Source: a bacterium (GTDB lineage: Bacteria; Zhuqueibacterota; Zhuqueibacteria; Oceanimicrobiales; Oceanimicrobiaceae). From it: 18,290 nt of DNA. The stretch's first letter is position 1. Each line of letters opens with the position of its first letter. The translations under genes and the position numbers were made by a program. The notes beneath the pieces were generated by a model that saw nothing but the letters and a program-made list of their open reading frames with translations, did no database searches and had not been told where the DNA came from. Positions 10,778-18,290 of the stretch are shown here, piece after piece. The stretch spans positions 1-18,290 of the forward strand of contig JBHHYI010000086.1 of the NCBI GenBank assembly GCA_046757525.1, read 5' to 3'.

Positions 10778-11800
10778 ATGGTTTCCAAACAAAACATTTG
10801 GTTAGTTTTTGGGGGATTGATGGCCGTCCTGATCGTCTTATCTTTGGTATTGTTGATTAACAATGCTTGGACCGGGGTAAGAAGCGATGACGTCATCACC
10901 GCTCCACTTACGTTTGCACCCGAGGTTCCCGCCCCGATAACACGCAACAGGCCAGCGCGCGTCATCGTTAACCTGGAAGCTATTGAAAAACGAGGCGAAC
11001 TGGCCGATGGTGTGACCTACGAGTTCTGGACATTCAATGGTCATGTGCCCGGACCCTTTGTGCGCTTGCGGGTGGGAGACACTATTGAGATGCATCTCAA
11101 AAACAATCCTAACAACACGCATACCCACACGGTAGATTTCCACTACGTCACCGGACCTGGGGGCGGTTCCAAAGTTCTGATGACGGATCCAGGCAAAGAA
11201 AGCGTCGCGGTTTTCAAAGCTTTGCATCCCGGCCTGTTCATCTACCACTGTGCCGCTAACCCAATTCCCGCCCATATTTCCAGTGGTCTTTATGGTCTGG
11301 TTCTCGTCGAGCCAGAGCATGGTTTACCCAAAGTAGACAACGAATACTATGTGATGCAGAGTGAATTCTATACAGATGGAGAGGTCGGGGAGAAAGGCTT
11401 CCAAGCCTATTCGTCGAGAAAAGGCATGGCCGAGACGCCCGAATACGTCGTTTTCAACGGTAGGGTTGGATCTCTAATGGGAGAAGGGGCCTTACAAGCC
11501 AGAGTTGGCGACCGTGTGCGACTCTTTGTCGGTAACATCGGTCCAAACCTGGTGTCGTCCTTTCATGTTATTGGCGAACTCTTTGACAGCCTTTACCGTG
11601 AAGGTGCAGTGACCGGCCCCAGCCGCGAGGTACAAACGACGTTGATTCCGGCAGGTAGCGCTTCCTGGATGGAGCTAAAAGTAGAGGTCCCCGGCGACTA
11701 CCTGCTCGTCGACCACAGCATCTATCGCATCGACCGGGGCGCGGTTGGGATTCTACATGTAGAAGGAACGGAGCATCCCGAAATCTACGCCAGAAAATAA
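10778..11800 (+). CDS. nirK: Copper-containing nitrite reductase (AniA-like class II), N-terminal membrane anchor or signal
   Basis: WTFNGHVPGPFVR, HTVDFH (Cu His ligands plus catalytic Asp), YHCA..P...HI..G.YG, EYYVMQSEFY, SSFHVIGE (catalytic His), and LVDHS. AAGGAG RBS. Confidence 0.92.
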   Translation: MVSKQNIWLVFGGLMAVLIVLSLVLLINNAWTGVRSDDVITAPLTFAPEVPAPITRNRPARVIVNLEAIEKRGELADGVTYEFWTFNGHVPGPFVRLRVGDTIEMHLKNNPNNTHTHTVDFHYVTGPGGGSKVLMTDPGKESVAVFKALHPGLFIYHCAANPIPAHISSGLYGLVLVEPEHGLPKVDNEYYVMQSEFYTDGEVGEKGFQAYSSRKGMAETPEYVVFNGRVGSLMGEGALQARVGDRVRLFVGNIGPNLVSSFHVIGELFDSLYREGAVTGPSREVQTTLIPAGSASWMELKVEVPGDYLLVDHSIYRIDRGAVGILHVEGTEHPEIYARK

Positions 11801-11813
11801 CAGCCCGCTTCTC

Positions 11814-11846
11814 AGAAGGTGACCTTTTTGAAAAAGGTCACCTTCT
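11814..11846. terminator. Perfect palindrome after nirK (terminator or REP-like hairpin)
   Basis: AGAAGGTGACCTTTTT-G-AAAAAGGTCACCTTCT starting 14 nt after the nirK stop. No long U-tract follows. Confidence 0.55.
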
Positions 11847-11854
11847 TGACAGCT

Positions 11855-11888
11855 TTCACACCAATCTCTTAGAAACCTACCTCTGACC
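11855..11888 (+). repeat. Direct repeat copy 2 (orphan copy of crp 3' end)
   Basis: ttcacaccaatctcttagaaacctacctctgacc reads H-T-N-L-L-E-T-Y-L-stop, the same C-terminus as the Crp protein. Confidence 0.9.
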
Positions 11889-12522
11889 TCGCTTCGGTCA
11901 GTTTCGTCAGAGTGACACTTAACCCTTCGCAACCCCAACGGCGGCCAGCCCGCTAAAATGTTGAGCTTCTCTCCGACAGTCTTCGGTATGGCAAACCACT
12001 AACCTCAATTCAAGAACCTGGCAAGCGTCTTCTATTCTTTTTGAAAAAAATCCATCTTTTTTGCATATTTTGCCCCAATTGTTGGATTTTCAACAGCATG
12101 TTGGTGCGATTTGTTTTATATTGATTGCAACTCTCCAGGAAAAACAACTTGTCGAGTAGTTCAAATCCTTTTTCCAATGAATCTGAAACGGATGGTGTTT
12201 TGTGACTCAAACGTCACTCTCGTAATCGAGACGATTAGAATCAATTTACTAAATCACCAGTTATTTCATCTTATGGGGGCTTGTTTTGCGGTTTAAGGAG
12301 GTGTCAGATGTCATCACTTTGCTAAGCCTAAAGTTCGTTGCTGTGTGGAAACGCTTGCTGTTTGTAACGCGCTCACCCCAGTGTTTTTTACTGGCAAACG
12401 CTGACTTTCTGTGAGAGGATTGGCACTCGTTGCGGATGGAAAGACTCCAACCTGGAGGAGCCAGGTCAGCGTTCTACGCCGGTGCTGGATTACGTTCAAA
12501 ACATTTTATCTGGAGGGCAATG

Positions 12523-14046
12523 ATGGAAAAGAAAATTCTTGCGAGCTTTTTGGGGCTTTCTCTCCTGGCCGTTTTTGCGGTAACCTGCCTTGCTCATGAC
12601 AAAGATCCCAAGAGAACTGCTGCAACCCACTTGAAAGCAGAGCTTAATCTAAAAATTGAGAGGTTAGAAAGTGCGCTGGCCAAGTCGCACTCGGAGTCTG
12701 AATTCCTAAAAGAGGAATTGTTATTTTTGAAGGAGAAGTATGAGGAGTTAGAAAAGAGAATGCAGGAAGCTGAAGACAAAACTTACATCAAGACGCCGTT
12801 CGGGCTAAAATTTCAGTTCAGTGGCCACATCAAGCTCGATGCCGTGGCCAGCGACAAGAACCTCGGCTTGATTCAAAGCTTTTTTCCGGTAATGGCTTTT
12901 CCTGCCAACAGCTTGAATCCTATCAATGGCAAGGAACAGGAGTTGAACACGGTGGCGCTTGGGTGGCGCGAATCCCGGCTTTCCTTTAGTGTCACCGGGC
13001 CAAAATGGTTGGGCGCCCAAACCTCTGCGTTTTTCAGCTTGGACGGCTATGCCTTTGGCAATGGAGCCGGAACTTTCAGTTCGGCCAACGACAATTCCCA
13101 GGCGCCGCGCTTTCATCTGGGCAGCGTTTTTTTCACCTGGCCCAACACCACCTTTCGTTTCGGCAGTTGGTTTACCCCGTACGGCAATTACTTCCTCGAC
13201 GGTGGCCTCTACGTCAATTGGACGCGCGGTACTTACTACCGGAATACCACACAGGTGGCCTTGAGTCACAATTTTCTTGGCAAAGCTTTCAAGAACAAAG
13301 AGTACACCCTGGAACTGACCGGGGCGTTGCTCACTTCCACTTCAGGACTTTTTGCCACCGACGGCCCGGTCAACCAGGGCGAGCTCAGTGGGCTGCCCGA
13401 AATCAATGCCGTCCTGAGATTTAGCACCAACAAACTGGGTGTGGTGCCGACGGCCATCGCCGGTTTTGAGGGGGCTTTCGATTCGCCTTTGGCAATTGAG
13501 ATTGCCGGTGTCTGGAACGAAAAAGACTTTGGCAATCAAGGTGACGGCGTCACCACGCCTAAGGGAGAATATCATACCAGAGCCCTGGAATTCAGGTACA
13601 CTTTTCCGGTGATTCCGCGGAGAGATGAAAATGGCAAGGTCAGAGGCGGCCATCTTTCCATTCGCGGCAGCAGCTATTTTGGCCAGGATCTGGCGGCTGG
13701 ATTCGAGAGCGGGGCCACCTCGTTGGTCGTTGAAAACGGTCGCATCGATGAAGCCGATGCCTGGGGAACCATCAACGAACTCAAGCTTTTCTTGAGTAAC
13801 AATTTGTGGATCTACCAGATTGCCGGCATCGTAGAGGTGGAAAATCACGACGGCGTCGTATCCGGTATTGGTGTGAACGGCGGCCTTCGACGAACCAAGA
13901 CGTTTAGAAGCGGTGTCTGGTACCGGCCTGACGGTCTGAAGAACTTGTTGGTGGGTGTGGAGTACTTGCGCTTCGTCGACGACTTTCAGGACGGCTCCGA
14001 TGGCGCTTTAAACTGGGTCAACTTTCAGTGGTATTTTAGGTTTTAG
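12523..14046 (+). CDS. Outer-membrane beta-barrel porin, DcaP-like, with N-terminal coiled coil
   Basis: GGAGG RBS at 12512-12516 favours the ATG at 12523. Signal peptide (MEKKILASFLGLSLLAVFAVTCLA). Heptad-rich helix (LNLKIERLES...LKEKYEELEKRMQE). DcaP-like GHIKLDA and RESRLSFSVTGP. C-terminal BAM signal WVNFQWYFRF. Confidence 0.78.
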   Translation: MEKKILASFLGLSLLAVFAVTCLAHDKDPKRTAATHLKAELNLKIERLESALAKSHSESEFLKEELLFLKEKYEELEKRMQEAEDKTYIKTPFGLKFQFSGHIKLDAVASDKNLGLIQSFFPVMAFPANSLNPINGKEQELNTVALGWRESRLSFSVTGPKWLGAQTSAFFSLDGYAFGNGAGTFSSANDNSQAPRFHLGSVFFTWPNTTFRFGSWFTPYGNYFLDGGLYVNWTRGTYYRNTTQVALSHNFLGKAFKNKEYTLELTGALLTSTSGLFATDGPVNQGELSGLPEINAVLRFSTNKLGVVPTAIAGFEGAFDSPLAIEIAGVWNEKDFGNQGDGVTTPKGEYHTRALEFRYTFPVIPRRDENGKVRGGHLSIRGSSYFGQDLAAGFESGATSLVVENGRIDEADAWGTINELKLFLSNNLWIYQIAGIVEVENHDGVVSGIGVNGGLRRTKTFRSGVWYRPDGLKNLLVGVEYLRFVDDFQDGSDGALNWVNFQWYFRF

Positions 14047-14133
14047 TGGCCTTCAAAGCTGCGCGGCCCGGGCGGCAGTTGCTAAGACTGTTTCCTATTC
14101 ACCCTTAACAGCCCGGGCCACTTCAAAAATCGC

Positions 14134-14162
14134 TTGACTTTATTTTAATATATGTATATAAT
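14134..14162 (+). promoter_or_regulatory. Near-consensus sigma70 promoter of the coxSLM-like operon
   Basis: TTGACT (14134-14139), 17-nt spacer, TATAAT (14157-14162). Confidence 0.8.
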
Positions 14163-14301
14163 TGGAAACAACTCTTTTGCATCCTGATCATCACAAACTT
14201 TCCCAGATTTTTTTATTTAGCATGCTTGTTAATCACCAAAAATCTACTTGATTCTTACCAGGTTCATCCGACTTTGTCGGAAAAAACTCAGGAGGAAAAG
14301 C

Positions 14302-14766
14302 ATGACCCAAACAATCCATGTCACCGTAAATGGTGTTGCTCACGAGGGGGAAGTCGAACCGCGGGTTTTGCTGGTGCATTTTCTGCGCGACGCCCTTAGA
14401 CTGACCGGCACACACATAGGTTGCGACACCAGTCAATGTGGCGCCTGCACCGTTTTGGTAGACGGCATCTCTACCAAAGCCTGTACCATGTTCGCCGTGC
14501 AGGCCGATGGTCGTGAGGTTACGACCATTGAAGGCTTAGCCCGTAACGGCGAGTTGCACCCGATTCAAAGCGCGTTCAGAGAAGAGCATGGGCTACAATG
14601 TGGCTTCTGTACGCCGGGTGTAATCCTGTCGGCCTACGACTTGCTCCAGCGTAATCCCAGCCCGAACGAAGCTGAAATTCGCCACGCTTTGGAGGGTAAC
14701 TATTGCCGCTGCACCGGCTATCACAACATTGTTAAAGCGGTGCAGCGTGCTTCCAAAACAAGGTAA
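14302..14766 (+). CDS. coxS: Xanthine oxidase family/CO dehydrogenase small [2Fe-2S] subunit
   Basis: [20 protein letters not shown] and [18 protein letters not shown] before the ATG at 14302. Confidence 0.92.
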   Translation: MTQTIHVTVNGVAHEGEVEPRVLLVHFLRDALRLTGTHIGCDTSQCGACTVLVDGISTKACTMFAVQADGREVTTIEGLARNGELHPIQSAFREEHGLQCGFCTPGVILSAYDLLQRNPSPNEAEIRHALEGNYCRCTGYHNIVKAVQRASKTR

Positions 14767-14789
14767 TTGAATCCTTAAGGAGATAAAAT

Positions 14790-17138
14790 ATGGGACAGTA
14801 TATAGGTGCTTCCGTGAAACGGAAGGAAGACAGTCGTTTTATTACGGGCAAGGGGCGCTACACCGACGACATTGTTCTGCCGAACATGACCTATGGCTTT
14901 GTGGTGCGCAGTCCCCATGCTCACGCAAAGATCAAATCGATCGACGTCAACAAAGCCAAGGCCCGGCCTGGCGTAGTGGCTGTTTTTACGGGTGAGGATT
15001 TGCAGAAAGACGGCGTGGGTTCCGTACCCAACGGCTGGCAAATCGGCGAAGACATGAAGGAACCGGCCCATCCACCTCTGGCAGTGGGCAAGGTGAGACA
15101 CGTCGGCGACGGGGTGGCCGTGGTGATCGCCGAAAGCCGCTACATCGCCAAAGATGCCGCTGAATTGGTGGAGGTGGACTACGAGATTTTGCCTGCGGTG
15201 ACCGATGCCGCCGGAGCTATCGAAGCCGGAGCGCCGCTGGTGCACGACGAGGCGGCCAACAACACTTCTTTCGTCTGGGAACTGGGCGATAAGGCCGCCG
15301 CCGACGCCGCCCTGGGCCAGGCTGACCACGTCACCAAGCTGCAGTTTGTCAACCAGCGGCTCATCGCCAATGCCATCGAACCGCGTTCGGCGATTGGCGA
15401 TTATGATGTTGGCCGCGATGAGCTGACCCTTTACACCAGTTCGCAGAATCCACATCTCATCCGGCTCCTGCTCAGTGCCTTCGTCTTGAGTCTGCCTGAA
15501 CACAAAGTTCGCGTGATTTCCCCTGATGTCGGGGGCGGCTTTGGCAGCAAGATTTTTAACTACCCGGAAGAGATCATTTGTGCCTGGAGCACGCGCAAAA
15601 TCGGCCGGCCAGTAAAATGGACCGCTGAACGCAGCGAGAGCTATTTGACCGACGCCCACGGTAGAGACCACCACACCACCGCGGAAATGGGGTTTGACAA
15701 AGATGGCCACATCCTGGGTCTGCGGGTGAACACCATCGCCAACCTGGGCGCCTATCTTTCCACTTTCTCCGGTGGGGTGCCCACCTGGCTTTACGGTACC
15801 CTGCTGACCGGGCAGTACAAAACCAAGAGCATTTACGTCAACGTTACCGGAGTTTTCACCAACACAACCCCGGTGGATGCCTATCGTGGAGCCGGACGTC
15901 CGGAAGCCACTTTCGTGGTTGAAAGACTGCTGGACACGGCTGCTCACGAACTGAACATCGATCCCGCCGACTTGCGCAAGAGAAATCTGATTCCTAAAGA
16001 TGCTTTTCCTTATGAAACGCCCGTGGTAATGACCTACGACAGCGGCAATTATGAAGCCGCATTGGACAAGGCCCTGGAAATGATCGACTACAAAAAGATG
16101 CGCGAAGAACAGAAGAAAGCCCGGGACCAGGGCCGATTGCTCGGGATCGGATTCTCCAGCTACATCGAAGCCTGCGGCATTGCACCCTCAAAAGTCGCTG
16201 GTGCGATCGGTGCGCGTGCGGGTCTTTACGAAGGCGCCAGCATTCGCGTGCATCCCACCGGCAAGGTGACTTGCTACACCGGTTCCCATGCCCACGGGCA
16301 GGGACACGAAACCACCTTTGCCCAGGTGGTCGCAGATGGATTCGGCATTTCCATAGACGATGTCGAAGTGGTGCATGGCGACACCGCGCAGATTCCCTTT
16401 GGCATGGGAACCTATGGTTCTCGCAGCATCGCGGTAGGGGGCAGCGCCATCTTCCGTGCCATTGAAAAGATCAAGGAGAAAGCCAAGAAGATCGCTGCCC
16501 ATAAATTGGAAGCCTCCGAAGACGACATCGAGTTTGCCGACGGCAAGTGGACGGTAAAGGGTACGGACAAATCCGTTGGTTTCGGCGATATCGCCCTCAC
16601 GGCTTACGTTCCCCACGATTACCCCGACGACCTGGAACCTGGCCTGGAAGAGAATGCGTTTTGGGACCCCAAGAACTTTACCTTCCCATTTGGCACCCAC
16701 ATCTCCGTTGTAGAAATTGACCCGGATACCGGCAAAGTGAAAATCTTGCGCTACGTGGCTGTCGACGATGTGGGCAACGTCATCAATCCAATGATCGTTG
16801 AGGGACAGGTGCACGGTGGCATTGCCCAGGGAGCTGCGCAAGCCCTTTGGGAAGGGGCGGTGTACGACGACAGCGGCCAGTTGATCACCGGCACGATGAT
16901 GGACTATGCCCTGCCAAAGGCAGACGATTTGCCTTCGTTTGAGGTGGGGCGAACCGTAACGCCCTGTCCGGACAATCCGTTGGGTGTAAAAGGAGCCGGC
17001 GAAACCGGCACCATTGCCTCAACCGCGTGCATCGTGAATGCGGTGGTCGACGCCTTGTCTCATCTCGGCGTGCGCGACATCTCCATGCCGCTGACACCCG
17101 AACGGGTGTGGCAGGCCATGCATGGAAGTTCTAATTGA
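14790..17138 (+). CDS. coxL: Molybdopterin-binding large subunit, form II CoxL-like (xanthine dehydrogenase family)
   Basis: KRKEDSRFITGKGRYTDD, DVGGGFGSK, active-site loop AYRGAGRPE, GQGHETT, GTYGSRS, GQVHGG and GVKGAGE. Confidence 0.9.
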   Translation: MGQYIGASVKRKEDSRFITGKGRYTDDIVLPNMTYGFVVRSPHAHAKIKSIDVNKAKARPGVVAVFTGEDLQKDGVGSVPNGWQIGEDMKEPAHPPLAVGKVRHVGDGVAVVIAESRYIAKDAAELVEVDYEILPAVTDAAGAIEAGAPLVHDEAANNTSFVWELGDKAAADAALGQADHVTKLQFVNQRLIANAIEPRSAIGDYDVGRDELTLYTSSQNPHLIRLLLSAFVLSLPEHKVRVISPDVGGGFGSKIFNYPEEIICAWSTRKIGRPVKWTAERSESYLTDAHGRDHHTTAEMGFDKDGHILGLRVNTIANLGAYLSTFSGGVPTWLYGTLLTGQYKTKSIYVNVTGVFTNTTPVDAYRGAGRPEATFVVERLLDTAAHELNIDPADLRKRNLIPKDAFPYETPVVMTYDSGNYEAALDKALEMIDYKKMREEQKKARDQGRLLGIGFSSYIEACGIAPSKVAGAIGARAGLYEGASIRVHPTGKVTCYTGSHAHGQGHETTFAQVVADGFGISIDDVEVVHGDTAQIPFGMGTYGSRSIAVGGSAIFRAIEKIKEKAKKIAAHKLEASEDDIEFADGKWTVKGTDKSVGFGDIALTAYVPHDYPDDLEPGLEENAFWDPKNFTFPFGTHISVVEIDPDTGKVKILRYVAVDDVGNVINPMIVEGQVHGGIAQGAAQALWEGAVYDDSGQLITGTMMDYALPKADDLPSFEVGRTVTPCPDNPLGVKGAGETGTIASTACIVNAVVDALSHLGVRDISMPLTPERVWQAMHGSSN

Positions 17139-17172
17139 TTATTGCCAAAATTCTTGCAAGGAGATAAGAAAC

Positions 17173-18039
17173 ATGATTCCCAATAGCTTTGAGTACGTTC
17201 GGGCCAGTTCGGTGCAGGATGCCGTGGCGCTTTTGTCACGGCACGGGGAGAACGCCAAACTTTTGGCCGGCGGTCACAGCTTGATTCCCGCCATGAAGCT
17301 GCGCTTAAACACCCCTTCGACCTTGATCGATATTTCAGGCATTCATGAGTTGACCAACATTGCTAAGAGCGGCAACAGAGTAGAAATCGGCGCTTTCGTG
17401 ACGCATCGGACGGTGGAATTTTCAGACGAGATTAAGAACGCCTGTGCCGTCTTAGCCGAGGCGGCGGGGAAAATAGGCGACCCGCAGGTGCGCAACCACG
17501 GCACCATGGGTGGCAGCCTGGCCCATGCCGACCCCGCAGCCGATTATCCGGCCTTGCTTTTGGCTTTGGACGCAGCAGTTGAAGTGGTGGGTCCCTCGGG
17601 CAGTCGAACCGTGACAGCGGATCAGTTTTTCACGGGACTGTTCGAGACGGCCTTGCAGAGCGGCGAAATGATCACCAAGGTCACCTTTCCGGTGCTGAGC
17701 AAAGGCAGCGGGGCCGCGTATGAGAAGTTCCCGCACCCGGCATCGCGTTTTGCGGTGGTCGGCGTTGCCGCCATGGTGGCCGTCGACGGCAGCGGCAAAT
17801 GCACGGCAGCCCGCGTTGGCGTCACTGGTGCGGCCGCCTCAGCGTTTCGCGCCACCGACGTCGAAAATGCTCTGATTGGAGAAACCTTGGACGCAGCAAC
17901 CATTTCCGATGCTACGGCCAAAGTCGCCAACCCGTCCGACCTGCTGAGCGACCTTTTCGCGTCCGCAGAATACCGGGCCCATTTGTGTTCGGTGTTGGCA
18001 AAGCGCGCGGTGACCACGGCGGTGGAACGGACCAAGTAA
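17173..18039 (+). CDS. coxM: FAD-binding medium subunit
   Basis: AKLLAGGHSLIPAMKLRL, QVRNHGTMGGSLAHADPAAD and ASAEYRAHL. The ATG at 17173 (MIPNSFEY) follows a GGAG. Confidence 0.92.
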   Translation: MIPNSFEYVRASSVQDAVALLSRHGENAKLLAGGHSLIPAMKLRLNTPSTLIDISGIHELTNIAKSGNRVEIGAFVTHRTVEFSDEIKNACAVLAEAAGKIGDPQVRNHGTMGGSLAHADPAADYPALLLALDAAVEVVGPSGSRTVTADQFFTGLFETALQSGEMITKVTFPVLSKGSGAAYEKFPHPASRFAVVGVAAMVAVDGSGKCTAARVGVTGAAASAFRATDVENALIGETLDAATISDATAKVANPSDLLSDLFASAEYRAHLCSVLAKRAVTTAVERTK

Positions 18040-18065
18040 GTACCCATTAGTCAATTCTGGTTTAT

Positions 18066-18110
18066 AACCCGCGGTCAGGATGGCGTCCTTCCTTGAGCGT
18101 GGGTTTTTTT
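18066..18110 (+). terminator. Rho-independent terminator after coxM
   Basis: aacccgcg...cgtgggtt stem with internal pairing, followed by a run of 7 T. Confidence 0.65.
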
Positions 18111-18137
18111 ATTGCTCTTAGGAAACGCTTTGTGGTA

Positions 18138-18162
18138 CGTAACGCAATCGTCTCGATTGCGA
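18138..18162 (+). repeat. REP-like palindrome (GTAA-CGCAATCG-TCT-CGATTGCG)
   Basis: Exact reverse complement of 68-92. Confidence 0.8.
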
Positions 18163-18230
18163 AGGCATCTCTCTTAAGAAATGCTCCTCGGGAGTGGAAT
18201 GACAGTTCTTTTTCTTGGAGCACACAGGCA

Positions 18231-18284
18231 GTCGTCCTGAGTAGTCCCGACCGCTTTGTGGTCGGGACGTATCGAAGGGCGACG
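18231..18284 (+). repeat. GTCGTCCTGAG...GTATCGAAGG palindromic repeat with internal hairpin
   Basis: Internal hairpin gtcccgacc-gctttgt-ggtcgggac. Shares 16 identical nt with 8787-8802. Confidence 0.7.
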
Positions 18285-18290
18285 CCCGTC

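Noticed and set aside
12010..12210. 66-aa minus-strand ORF beginning SVSDSLEKGFELLDKL, reminiscent of an IclR first helix
   Set aside because: TTG start without an RBS, no HTH continuation, and low-complexity AT-rich remainder. At most a decayed fragment.
12421..12433. Sigma54-like TGGCAC...TTGC (also cggcat...ttgc near 9866)
   Set aside because: GG-to-GC spacing is 8 and 9 nt rather than the strict 10.
14790..17138. Bona fide aerobic (form I) CO dehydrogenase
   Set aside because: Has AYRGAGR instead of AYxCSFR, and S-L-M gene order.

Overview
Chromosomal bacterial window. The C-terminal 'QNYPNPFNP' FlgD/T9SS-type sorting tail on the first gene suggests the FCB group or relatives such as KSB1 or Calditrichota (inference). 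From left to right it holds: a secreted multidomain GH18 glycoside hydrolase; a minus-strand arsR-arsM arsenite methylation pair with a clear promoter and operator; a DsbA-family CxxC protein; cobalamin-dependent metH; a Crp/Fnr regulator followed by a cupredoxin-like protein and a copper nitrite reductase (nirK); a DcaP-like outer-membrane porin with a long structured leader; and a form II-type coxS-coxL-coxM molybdoenzyme operon. Intergenic regions are rich in REP-like palindromes. The most notable observations are: (1) the NirK type-1 copper axial Met is replaced by Leu; (2) the adjacent partner protein carries an amicyanin-like C-x2-H-x2-M site; (3) this 2-gene cassette is bracketed by a 34-bp direct repeat of the crp 3' end that differs only at synonymous positions; (4) the porin leader holds a perfect-SD micro-ORF and a riboswitch-like fold.
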